This document shows positions 47,187-56,144 of a DNA stretch of 64,000 bases, piece by piece (positions within the stretch are counted from its first letter, which is position 1; each line of letters opens with the position of its first letter). Below the pieces are notes generated by a model, which made no database searches, had not been told where the DNA came from, and worked only from the letters and a program-made list of their open reading frames with translations. The position numbers and the translations under genes were made by a program. The DNA is from Pirellulales bacterium. Its GTDB lineage: Bacteria; Planctomycetota; Planctomycetia; Pirellulales; UBA1268. The stretch is taken from the NCBI GenBank assembly GCA_016779265.1, contig JADHNY010000005.1, positions 3,477 to 67,476 on the forward strand. The letters run 5' to 3'.

Positions 47187-48281
47187 ATGATCGCTTGTTA
47201 TCCGACCTACGCCAGACAGCTCCCCGGCACCGACCGCTGGCGTGTGAAAGCGACGGGCATGATTGCCCGCCCACTTCCGGAATGGAGCCGCCGACGGTCA
47301 GCTGCCCTCGCCATTCTTCGTCGTGTGCTCGAGATCGCCCCCGAGCATGACAGCGACCCTGTGTTTCGGGCTCGCTCCGGAGCGTTCCTCTTTCAGCGAG
47401 TCGTGGGCTGCCGGGTGGTGCTCGACGTCGGCGGCCGTGAAGTCGATGCCGGCGTCACCGATCGACTGGGGCACTTCGAGACCTCCTTTGATTTCGATTC
47501 CAGCGACCTCGAGGGCCTCTCTTCATCGCTCGGATGGATTGGCTACCAGGCCCGGCTCGATGCGGTCGACGGCCAGGAACAGCACCTCGTGGAACTGCTT
47601 CAGCAGGCGAGCGGTGGCCCCGCCAGTCCCGAGCCAGCCGGCTGCCGCAACCCTCTCAGCAGTACGGGGCAGGTGCAGTTCATTCCGCCGGCAGGGCTGT
47701 CGGTGATCTCAGACATCGATGACACCGTTAAACTGTCTGACGTCGGTGACCGCCGCGAACTGCTGGCGAACACCTTCCTGCGGCCATTTCAGCCGGTGCC
47801 TGGCATGGTGGACCTCTACAGGCAGTGGCATGCCGAAGAGACCGCGTTTCATTACGTCTCTGCGAGCCCCTGGCAGTTGGCTGGCTGCCTAGCAGGGTTC
47901 TTTGAAGAGTCTGGTCTCCCGACCGGCTCGATGCACATGTCTCTGTTTCGTTTCAAAGACATCACACCGCTCGGTCGGATCCCCTCAAAAAAGCGTTCCA
48001 AACGGCGAGCGATTGAACAGATCCTCCGCGACTTCCCTGGCCGTCGATTTGTGCTCGTGGGAGATTCTGGAGAAAAAGATCCCGAGATCTACGCAGCGGT
48101 TGCTCGGCGTTTTCCTCAGCAGGTTGCCGCAATCGCGATCCGCGAAGTCGCTGGCAGGCACCAGAAAAAAAGCCTCGAAGAGAGACTCAGCCGACTCCGC
48201 CAGAAACTCCCCGGTCGACTCGTTCAGCCGTTTCAGCGGGCTGAAGAGCTCGACTCCTTCTTGGCTTCAGCCGCCTCATAA
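47187..48281 (+). CDS. App1-family (DUF2183) phosphatase-like protein
   Basis: DxDxT motif (VISDIDDTVK), YVSASPWQL and VLVGDSGEKDPEIY. ATG at 47187 after GGAGAGAGAG. Confidence 0.7.
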   Translation: MIACYPTYARQLPGTDRWRVKATGMIARPLPEWSRRRSAALAILRRVLEIAPEHDSDPVFRARSGAFLFQRVVGCRVVLDVGGREVDAGVTDRLGHFETSFDFDSSDLEGLSSSLGWIGYQARLDAVDGQEQHLVELLQQASGGPASPEPAGCRNPLSSTGQVQFIPPAGLSVISDIDDTVKLSDVGDRRELLANTFLRPFQPVPGMVDLYRQWHAEETAFHYVSASPWQLAGCLAGFFEESGLPTGSMHMSLFRFKDITPLGRIPSKKRSKRRAIEQILRDFPGRRFVLVGDSGEKDPEIYAAVARRFPQQVAAIAIREVAGRHQKKSLEERLSRLRQKLPGRLVQPFQRAEELDSFLASAAS

Positions 48282-48333
48282 AGCCGGCTGAGATGCCAGC
48301 GTCTGGCTATCCGCCGCGCGGCCGCCGAGCGAC

Positions 48334-48747
48334 TCACCAGGGACTCTCAAACGCATCCTGGTAGTGCTCGATTTCAGGCTTCCCGTCGTCACCTGTGAGC
48401 GTGACGGTGACGACGTCGATCCTGACGCGACAGTCCTCGAGACGATGCCGCCGAATGTAGGCGTTGGCGAGCGTCGCGATGCGTCGTTGCTTGCGACCGT
48501 CGATCGTCTCGGCGGGATGGCCATGCTGCGTGTCGCTGCGTGTACGCACCTCGACAAACACCACCGTTCGGTCATCGAGGGCGATCAGATCAAGATCTCC
48601 CCGCAACACCCGCTCTCGTCGAGCAATGATCCGATATCCCTGTTTTTCCAGATACCGTGCGGCAAGATCCTCACCATGTCTGCCGAGGTCATGGCGGGGG
48701 TCGGCTCCACGTGAACCGCCGAACCACCGCCGACCTGCGGCCGCCAT
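48334..48747 (-). CDS. yraN: YraN-family (UPF0102) endonuclease-like protein
   Basis: GEDLAARYLEKQGYRIIARRERVLRGDLDLIALDDRTVVFVEVRTR. Confidence 0.8.
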   Translation of the reverse strand: MAAAGRRWFGGSRGADPRHDLGRHGEDLAARYLEKQGYRIIARRERVLRGDLDLIALDDRTVVFVEVRTRSDTQHGHPAETIDGRKQRRIATLANAYIRRHRLEDCRVRIDVVTVTLTGDDGKPEIEHYQDAFESPW

Positions 48748-48749
48748 CG

Positions 48750-49175
48750 TTACGAACTCCGCTTCTTCGCCCGGCCTCGCAACTTCCCGCTGCTCTTCGG
48801 CTTCGATGCCGGATCGACGGCCACCTCGACGCGACGCTCACGCAGACGAACTGCCTTGCCGACGCGATCACGGAGGTAGTAGAGCTTGGCACGGCGGGTG
48901 ATACCCGAACGCTTCACCTCAACCTTGGCCACCTTCGGCGAGTGAACGGGGAACTTCCGCTCCACGCCCTCACCAGCCACGATCCGACGGACGGTGAACG
49001 TCTCGCGGGTGCCCGAGCCGTTCATGGCAATGACCACGCCGTTGAACACCTGGATACGCTCTTTTTCACCCTCGAGAATCCGGGTGTGCACGTCGACCGT
49101 GTCGCCGATCTCAAACGCGGGCTTCTCTTCTTTCAGGCTCGAGGCTTCAACCTCGGCAAGCAGCTGCTGGCTCAC
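48750..49175 (-). CDS. rplS: 50S ribosomal protein L19
   Basis: FEIGDTVDVHTRILEGEKERIQVFNGVVIA...RRIVAGEGVERKFPVHSP. GTG start 7 nt after AGGAG. Basic C-terminal extension. Confidence 0.9.
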   Translation of the reverse strand: MSQQLLAEVEASSLKEEKPAFEIGDTVDVHTRILEGEKERIQVFNGVVIAMNGSGTRETFTVRRIVAGEGVERKFPVHSPKVAKVEVKRSGITRRAKLYYLRDRVGKAVRLRERRVEVAVDPASKPKSSGKLRGRAKKRSS

Positions 49176-49279
49176 GGGAAACTCCTGGGAACATGATGCA
49201 CTTCGTGGACCAATCGCCCACTAAAAATGCGTGGAACACTTTTTTTAAAACCGCGATATTGGAAACCGCAGTTGAGGGG

Positions 49280-49366
49280 GAATCGCTGTATGTGGAATGG
49301 CTGTCTGTGAAATGGCTGTCTATTGAATGACTGTCTGATGAATCATCGTCTGTGAAGTTGTCTGGC
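49280..49366. repeat. degenerate 13-16-nt tandem array (about 6 units, GAATGGCTGTCTGT-like)
   Basis: Units start at 49280, 49295, 49309, 49325, 49340 and 49354. The array spans the trmD stop codon (49320-49322). Confidence 0.75.
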
Positions 49367-50066
49367 ACGCATCTGGCATAGAGGCCGCTCGGCGGCGGGT
49401 CGCTTCAACCGCTCTCGCATGCCGCCACTTGCGAATCACCGCATGGTCGCCGGAGAGCAAAACATCTGGAACGTTGAGGCCCCGAAACTCCCGCGGACGC
49501 GTGTACTGAGGCCCTTCAACGAGTCGACCCTCACCTGAGAAGGAATCGTCACGAGGACTCTCCGCATCGCCGAGCACGCCGGGTATCAGGCGACTCACGG
49601 CGTCGATGACGGTCATCGCTGCCACCTCACCACCCGAGAGTACAAAGTCGCCGAGCGAAATCTGATCCGGCTGGAGTACCTCACGGATGCGATCGTCAAA
49701 GCCCTCATAGCGGCCACACAGCAGCACCAGCCGCTTCTTGCCAGCTAACTCCTCCACGACCTGCTGCGTCAATGGCCGTCCGCCAGGCGTCAGCATGATC
49801 AGGTGACCGGGAGCAGGAGTCTGATCCAAGACCAGCTCCGCCTGCACGCTCTCGACACACGACACGACCGGGCCCGGCATCAGGAGCATTCCTGGCCCAC
49901 CCCCGAAAGGACGGTCATCGACCTGTCTGTGCACGCCCTCAGCGAAGTCGCGGATGTTCGTCAGCCGCACATCCAAAAGCCCGCGACGCCGCGCAGCACC
50001 GAGCAGGCTTCCATCAAGGAAGCTCGCGAAAAGCTCGGGAAATAGCGTCAGGACGTCGATCCGCAT
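49320..50066 (-). CDS. trmD: tRNA (guanine37-N1)-methyltransferase
   Basis: LLCGRYEGFDDRI and SLGDFVLSGGEVAAM. The last 15 or so codons are encoded by the tandem repeat. Confidence 0.9.
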   Translation of the reverse strand: MRIDVLTLFPELFASFLDGSLLGAARRRGLLDVRLTNIRDFAEGVHRQVDDRPFGGGPGMLLMPGPVVSCVESVQAELVLDQTPAPGHLIMLTPGGRPLTQQVVEELAGKKRLVLLCGRYEGFDDRIREVLQPDQISLGDFVLSGGEVAAMTVIDAVSRLIPGVLGDAESPRDDSFSGEGRLVEGPQYTRPREFRGLNVPDVLLSGDHAVIRKWRHARAVEATRRRAASMPDACQTTSQTMIHQTVIQ

Positions 50067-50219
50067 GATGCATAAGAAACCAAAAGACGGGCCAGCACAG
50101 AATGCCTACGTTCACGGTGCAACCCGTCTCCTGCGGCAGCCAGGATTCGCGGGCTCACCCTGCGGCGCTCAGCACCAGCAGGTTCCGATTCACAGCGGCT
50201 TCTCGCGAAGACCCGCTGA

Positions 50220-50756
50220 TCACTCCGACTTCGCTTCAGCCTCCGCTGCTGGTGCTTCAGCAGCAGGCGACTCTGTAGGGGTTTCAGCTGTTTCAGCGGC
50301 AGGTGCTTCAGCGGCAGGAGCCTCTTCGGCAGGTGCTTCTGCAGCAGGCGACTCAGCAGCTGATGCTTCCACGGCCGCCTCGGCTGCAGCTTCTGCTGGC
50401 GGCTCGGGAGCCTTCTCCTCGGGCACGAACACCGGCTCACCAGCTTCTGGAACCAGCCTCGGCATCGCCAAGCGAGCACGGGCATCTTCCATCTGCTTCA
50501 GGTGAGTGCCGTTGATGCCGTACTTCTTGATCAGAACGCTGACCTTCGGCGAAGGCTGCGCGCCCACCGACAACCAGTACGCAACACGATCACCTTTGAG
50601 GGCACACCGGGCATCCGTTTCCGGTACCGAAGGATCGTAGGTGCCGAGTTCCTCGATCACCCGCCCGTCTCGAGGGCTCTTCCTGTCGGCGGCACAAATC
50701 CTGAAAAACGCGCGATGGGTCCGACCCATTCGCTTCATCCGAATCACCACGGCCAC
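50220..50756 (-). CDS. rpsP: 30S ribosomal protein S16 with Ala/Glu/Pro-rich C-terminal extension
   Basis: (M)AVVIRMKRMGRTHRAFFRICAADRKSPRDGRVIEELGTYDP. GTG start 9 nt after AGGAG. About 70 aa of repetitive AEAPAAE tail. Confidence 0.9.
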   Translation of the reverse strand: MAVVIRMKRMGRTHRAFFRICAADRKSPRDGRVIEELGTYDPSVPETDARCALKGDRVAYWLSVGAQPSPKVSVLIKKYGINGTHLKQMEDARARLAMPRLVPEAGEPVFVPEEKAPEPPAEAAAEAAVEASAAESPAAEAPAEEAPAAEAPAAETAETPTESPAAEAPAAEAEAKSE

Positions 50757-50793
50757 AGCGGTTGCTCCTACGCCAATACTGGTCTTCTAAAAC

Positions 50794-50807
50794 CGTTTTC
50801 GAAAACG
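50794..50807. promoter_or_regulatory. perfect 14-bp palindrome CGTTTTCGAAAACG in the AT-rich rpsP leader/promoter region
   Basis: Read directly. Lies 38-51 nt upstream of the rpsP GTG, inside an unusually AT-rich stretch (about 50783-50835). Confidence 0.3.
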
Positions 50808-51096
50808 TGTCTTTAAAAAGTTGACGAAACTCTCGGTGAGTTTCTACGGTGCGGTTCTCTTGAGCCAATCGCGCCGACTGAGGCATGCGGCGGACCAGGT
50901 ATGGAAACATGCCTCAAGAGTTGTCTCTCCAGAGCATGGCTCACATGTCTGATCACGCGCAGGACCGTCGTCGCAAGTCGGCTGGAAGTCGACCGCGTCG
51001 CCGTCAAGGCAAGACCACTAGCCTACACGCTCGGAGCCGGAACCCAAGGGGCACCCTGGCGGATTGGCCAGCCCAGTCCAAAAAAACCATTTCCAG

Positions 51097-52572
51097 CTAG
51101 TCTTTGGTCTGCCGTTTCCGGCGACGAGCATCCTTTTCCCGCTGCTTTTTCTGCTTTTTTCGCTCTTCGGCCGTGAGCCGCTTGCCGGTCACACCCTTCG
51201 GCTTCGCCAGCCGAGCTCCTGGATTTGCGATCCCGCTTTGCAGCTGCTGGAGCTGTTTCATCCGGTCCCGCATGCCGAGCCCGGCCATGCCTTTCATCAT
51301 CGACGCCATTCCGTCGAACTGCTTCACGAGGTCATTCACCTCTTGCGGCTGAACTCCTGCTCCCTGCGCAATCCGGCGGCGCCTCGACTGGTCGATGATT
51401 CGCGTGGGGTTTCGCCGCTCGTCGGGAGTCATGGCGTTGATGATGCCGAAAAGCCTGTTCATGTCTCGATCGAGGTCGGCGGTGTCGAGCATCTCCTTGA
51501 TGCCCCCCATGCCAGGGATCATCCCCAGCACCTTGCCCATCGGACCGAGTCGTCGGGTCTGCATCAGCATTTTCTTGAAGTCTTCGAGGGTGAACTCGCC
51601 TGCGCGGAGTCGCTCCTCCTGCTGCTGCATCTCGTCCTGATCGAACTTCCGCTGCGCCTCTTCGACCAGCGAGACGACGTCGCCCATCCCCAGAATACGG
51701 CCGGCGAGCCGATCAGGATGGAAGTCTTCCAACGCCTCAATCTGCTCACCTGTACCGATGAACTTGATCGGCACACCGGTCACATGCTTCACCGACAACG
51801 CCGCACCGCCACGTGCGTCACCGTCGAGCTTGGTCATGATCACGCCATCGAGTTCCAGGGCGTCGTTAAACGCCTTGGCACTGGCGACGGCGTCTTGACC
51901 GGTCATCGCATCGACCACGAGAAACACCTGGTCAGGCCCCACGGTGCGGTCGATCATGGCCAGTTCGGCCATCAGTTCATCGTCGATCGAAAGCCGACCT
52001 GCGGTGTCGAGGATGACAACCCCGATCCCCTCCTTCTTCGCTCGAGCCACACCGGCATTGCAGACCGCTACGGGATCGCTGACGCCATCGGGGGTGTGCA
52101 CCGGCACATTGAGCTGCTGCCCCAGCACGGAGAGCTGCTCGATGGCCGCGGGGCGTTGCAGGTCAGCGGCCACCAGCAACACGCTGCGGCCCTGCTGCTT
52201 GATCTTCTTGGCAAGTTTGGCTGTGGAGGTCGTCTTGCCTGAGCCCTGCAGGCCGCAGAGCATCAGCACTGTCGGCCGCCCCTCCTGGAAATGCAGGGAG
52301 TGGTCCACAGGCCCCATCAGGTTGATGAGTTCCTGATGGACGATGCCGACAAGTTGCTGTGCCGGATCGAGGGAGGCCAAGACCTTTTCGCCGACCGCTT
52401 CGGCCGTCACTCGGTCCAAAAACGCCTCAACCACGTCGTAGGCGACGTCAGCCTCAAGCAGTGCAGTGCGGACGAGCCCAAGCCCCTCCCGCATGTTGCC
52501 TTCAGTCAGCTTGCCACGACCGCGAAGGGTGTTGAGGGCGGACGAAAGCGAGGAGGAAAGCGAGTCAAGCAT
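51097..52572 (-). CDS. ffh: signal recognition particle protein
   Basis: GLQGSGKTT and DTAGR, a Met-rich M domain (GMIPGMGG) and a basic tail. Confidence 0.95.
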   Translation of the reverse strand: MLDSLSSSLSSALNTLRGRGKLTEGNMREGLGLVRTALLEADVAYDVVEAFLDRVTAEAVGEKVLASLDPAQQLVGIVHQELINLMGPVDHSLHFQEGRPTVLMLCGLQGSGKTTSTAKLAKKIKQQGRSVLLVAADLQRPAAIEQLSVLGQQLNVPVHTPDGVSDPVAVCNAGVARAKKEGIGVVILDTAGRLSIDDELMAELAMIDRTVGPDQVFLVVDAMTGQDAVASAKAFNDALELDGVIMTKLDGDARGGAALSVKHVTGVPIKFIGTGEQIEALEDFHPDRLAGRILGMGDVVSLVEEAQRKFDQDEMQQQEERLRAGEFTLEDFKKMLMQTRRLGPMGKVLGMIPGMGGIKEMLDTADLDRDMNRLFGIINAMTPDERRNPTRIIDQSRRRRIAQGAGVQPQEVNDLVKQFDGMASMMKGMAGLGMRDRMKQLQQLQSGIANPGARLAKPKGVTGKRLTAEERKKQKKQREKDARRRKRQTKD

Positions 52573-52756
52573 CGAGAATCTCCAGGGCGCTGCGAAGTCT
52601 CCCGGAGTATACGACTCGCTTCTCAGCGGAAAGAGTGCCGCGAGTCCGGCCGGTGACGGGCCGCTCTATCCCGGGCGTGATGCACTGCGCACCACAGGAC
52701 CTGGGGCGTGGCCGGCGGGAGCGACCAGTCACCGGACGGGCTCGCGGCAGACGGGC

Positions 52757-52996
52757 TCACTCAAAGACAACTGTCTCTTCACCACAGGTCGTGCACTCAG
52801 AGCCACAGGCCGGCCCACAGACCGGAGCACACGCAGGTCCACAGTTAGGTGTCGAACCACACCATCCCTGTGACGGTGAGCGGAACTCCATAAACGACGG
52901 CCGTCGGCAGCTCGTGCCGAAGCAGTTACAGCCCGTAGCAGTGACCATCACCGCTACGACCATCACACACCACACAATCCGCGACATCGTCGGCAT
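52757..52996 (-). CDS. small Cys-rich lipoprotein (hypothetical)
   Basis: ATG at 52996 after GAGGAG. Lipobox VTATGC. 79 aa with 13 Cys, including CGPACAPVCGPACGSECTTCG. Confidence 0.45.
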   Translation of the reverse strand: MPTMSRIVWCVMVVAVMVTATGCNCFGTSCRRPSFMEFRSPSQGWCGSTPNCGPACAPVCGPACGSECTTCGEETVVFE

Positions 52997-53305
52997 CTCC
53001 TCGCCAGGACAATCCGCGGCCCTGACTGACGATACGTCCTTCATAGTCCGCGGCAAAAAACCGTAGCCCACCGAAAGGACACAGGTGTGTGCACGACGGC
53101 CTTTTTTAATGTGGCGTTTGCCAGAAGCGTTCGCCTGTAGGAGTCAGGAAAGCGTTGCAGGCGCAGCCCGCTTCGGCAGTTCACAAATAATCGTTCGGCT
53201 TTACCTAGCCTGCCCATCTCGCGTGCTAAGGTTTCGCAGACCCGCAGGATCCACCGTTGCTCCTGCGGCCAACTCTTCCCTGTTCTGTTCGTTCGGAGAC
53301 CTGTC

Positions 53306-54298
53306 GTGATGCGGCCATCTGCCGTTTCTCTCCGCCAAGCCATCTGGACCGTCATGCATGCAACGATCGCGAGCATCGTGATGCTTGCAACGATCTTGCT
53401 GATGTCATTCGGCACCGTTGCTGAGGCTGCCCCTGACACGTCCTCAGATGTGTGGGTGGTGAGCACACGCTGCCTCGGTGGCACCTGCAATGTTCCTGAA
53501 ACTCCGCGGTTCTCAGTCGAGCAGTGCGTTTTAGCGAATGGTGGTCGCTGTAACTGGCAGCGGGCCGAGCTCAGTGACATGCTCGCCGAGCCAGCCCGAC
53601 CGCTTGTGATCTTCATCCACGGCAACCGCTACGACACCGGCTCGGCCAAGCAACAAGGGCTCGCTCTCTCCCGCCGGCTGGCTCGCTTTTCGCCCACCGA
53701 TGCTCCAGCACGCACCGTGATCTTCTCCTGGCCGAGCGAACGCCAAGGCTGTCTGCTCCACGACGGCCGTGCGAAATACCAACGGTGCTACACCGACGGA
53801 CACTACCTGGCCGCATTGCTGGCCAAGGTCAATCCAGAACAGCCTGTCGCGATCGTTGGCTACAGCTTTGGGGCTCTGATCAGCCTGAAGGCATTTGACG
53901 AACTCTGCAGGCCTGCTGGTGAGCAGCTGCCCTGTGGGGGCGACTCACTCAAATGCCGCCCCGGCGTGCTGAACATGGTGTTGGTCGCACCCGCCGTACG
54001 CAGTGACGCCCTGGCTCCTCGCGGCCCCTACCGTGACGCCTTGGCCTGCCTCGACCGGCTCACAGTGATCATCAACTCACGAGATGAAGCCCTGCGGTTT
54101 TTCCCTCTGCTCGACCCACGGGTCGATGTTCCTGCCCTTGGCTATGTCGGCATGCCAGGCAGTTGGGCAGCCGCTGACACGACCTTCCGCATACGGGATG
54201 CCACGTCGATCGTAGGCCGGGAGCACAGCCTGCTTCGCTACCTCGAGTCGGCCACCCTGTCAGCGATCATCGCAACCGGGGCGGTCGCCGGGTTGTAG
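53306..54298 (+). CDS. alpha/beta hydrolase (DUF900-like)
   Basis: Signal/TM leader, LVIFIHGNRYD, and the nucleophile-elbow-like VGYSFGA. Confidence 0.6.
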   Translation: MMRPSAVSLRQAIWTVMHATIASIVMLATILLMSFGTVAEAAPDTSSDVWVVSTRCLGGTCNVPETPRFSVEQCVLANGGRCNWQRAELSDMLAEPARPLVIFIHGNRYDTGSAKQQGLALSRRLARFSPTDAPARTVIFSWPSERQGCLLHDGRAKYQRCYTDGHYLAALLAKVNPEQPVAIVGYSFGALISLKAFDELCRPAGEQLPCGGDSLKCRPGVLNMVLVAPAVRSDALAPRGPYRDALACLDRLTVIINSRDEALRFFPLLDPRVDVPALGYVGMPGSWAAADTTFRIRDATSIVGREHSLLRYLESATLSAIIATGAVAGL

Positions 54299-54326
54299 TC
54301 TGCTGGCACGCGACACGCCGTTGGCC

Positions 54327-55352
54327 TCAGGCAGCCCGGCGGACCTCTGCGTGGGCGGCGTTCGCCAGCCGAGCTGCCACCATCCGACGCGCGACTTCTG
54401 GCATCCGCACGGTCGCCCGCCAGCTCAGTCTGGCTGCGGCCTTGGCAGGATCGCCACGGCCACAGTCGATCTCCGTGGGCCGTCGCAGGGCGGGATCATG
54501 CTCGACATGCTGCCGCCAGTCGAGACCCACAGCCGCAAACACTTCAGCCACAAAGGCCTCGAGCGTTGCGGTGTAGCCGGTGGCAATCACAAAGTCTTCA
54601 GGCCGGTCGGCAGCAAGCATCCGCCGCATGGCCACGACGTATTCCGGAGCCCAGCCCCAGTCGCGAGCAATCGAGAGATCGCCCAGCGTCAGCTGCTGCT
54701 GCTCACCTGTGGCAATCCGACACGCCGCCGCGACCACCTTCTGCGTCACAAACCGTTCGGGACGCAGCGGGCTCTCATGGTTAAAGAGGATGCCCGTCGC
54801 CGCATGGATCCCGTAGGCCTCGCGATACTGAGCAACCTGCCAGAAGCTCGTCGCTTTGGCGATCGCATACGGGCTGCGAGGTCTGAGAATCGTCTCTTCG
54901 TTGGCGGCTTCGCCACCGGTGTTCCCAAACATCTCCGAACTGCCCGCGTTGTAAAGCCGGATCGGGCGGTTGAGCATGCGGATCGTCTCGAGCAGATTCA
55001 CCGTTCCCACGATGATGCTCTCAAACGTTTCCACGGGCTGCTCAAACGAAAGACCAACGGAGGTCTGACCTGCCAGGTTGTAGATCTCGTCAGGCTCGAC
55101 TCGGCTGATGACCTGCATGGTCGAACGGAAGTCAACCAGCGACATTGAGACCAGGTCTACCTGGTCACGGATGCCAAGCATCTGCAGGCCATCAAACCGA
55201 CTGGCCGCCGCATCCCGGCTGGTACCTACCACACGGTAGCCCAGGCTCAGCAGGTGCTGGGCAAGATACCCACCATCCTGTCCTCCAACGCCAAGAATCA
55301 GCGCTGTGCCACCGGATGTCACTGTGCCACCGGATGTCGGTTCTGCAGCCAT
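54327..55352 (-). CDS. gmd: GDP-mannose 4,6-dehydratase
   Basis: ILGVGGQDGGYLA, YNLAGQTSV, SSEMFG, SPYAIAK and LFNHESPLRPERFVTQK. Confidence 0.9.
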   Translation of the reverse strand: MAAEPTSGGTVTSGGTALILGVGGQDGGYLAQHLLSLGYRVVGTSRDAAASRFDGLQMLGIRDQVDLVSMSLVDFRSTMQVISRVEPDEIYNLAGQTSVGLSFEQPVETFESIIVGTVNLLETIRMLNRPIRLYNAGSSEMFGNTGGEAANEETILRPRSPYAIAKATSFWQVAQYREAYGIHAATGILFNHESPLRPERFVTQKVVAAACRIATGEQQQLTLGDLSIARDWGWAPEYVVAMRRMLAADRPEDFVIATGYTATLEAFVAEVFAAVGLDWRQHVEHDPALRRPTEIDCGRGDPAKAAARLSWRATVRMPEVARRMVAARLANAAHAEVRRAA

Positions 55353-55591
55353 CTCTCACTCACCTCAGCCACCAGCCAGCGTCGCTTCGCGGTCTTCCAC
55401 TGCTCTTGTGCAGCCACGTCCCTCCAAAGGACCGGCGTGCTGACCTCCGCGAAGCCGGGCTCATGCGGGAGGGACGGTAGCAGACGCCCATCTCCTCCCA
55501 AACGCCAGAAACACGCTCTGACCACGGCCCCACCACCCGCCGTCCGACGCCGCACCCTCAAGCGACCACGCCCATCAATCGCGGGGCTCAG

Positions 55592-55768
55592 TCAGCGCAC
55601 CACCACCCAGCGCAGCGAGGGGGAGCCCGATGCGGATCCGACGGTGTGGTTCTGCGAGCGAAGCCTGGAGGGCGAAAGCGAGCAGATCCTCGAGCGAGCG
55701 AAGGCCCACGGAGGGGCCGCAGCGAACGTCCGGCGGAGACGCGTTGAGCTCCCCCGAGCGACCACGCC
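55592..55768. repeat. 177-nt repeat element, copy 1
   Basis: Aligned by eye to 55964-56143: 7 substitutions and one 3-nt indel. Confidence 0.9.
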
Positions 55769-55963
55769 TGTCAGGCCGCAAGGCAAAACCGGCTGCGGGG
55801 CGGCAGATGTCTCGTCGCTGGACTTTTTCGCCACAAGACCGGCCAACGCTGCTACCTCAACAAAGCGGCGAAAAACTCGCAACGCTCCTCGAGCACCCGC
55901 CGTCCCCTCCGCCTCATCAACTGCAGCCCTGGCGAGGTCACGCCCCAGGCCCGTGCACGATCA

Positions 55964-56143
55964 TCAGCGCAGCACCACCACCCAGCGCAGCGAGGGGGAG
56001 CCCGATGCGGATCCGACGGTGTGGTTCTGCGAGCGGAGCCTGGAGGGCGAGAGCGAGCAGAACCTCGAGTGAGCGAAGGCCCATGGAGGGGCCGCAGCGA
56101 GCGTCCGGCGGAGACGCGTTGGGCTCCCCCGAGCGACCACGCC
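55964..56143. repeat. 180-nt repeat element, copy 2 (abuts the epimerase stop codon)
   Basis: Same element, 372 nt downstream of copy 1. It ends 1 nt before the TGA (56145-56147, minus strand) of the epimerase gene. Confidence 0.9.
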
Positions 56144-56144
56144 C

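Noticed and set aside
51064-52242. 392-aa plus-strand ORF
   Set aside because: It is antisense to ffh, whose identity is unambiguous.
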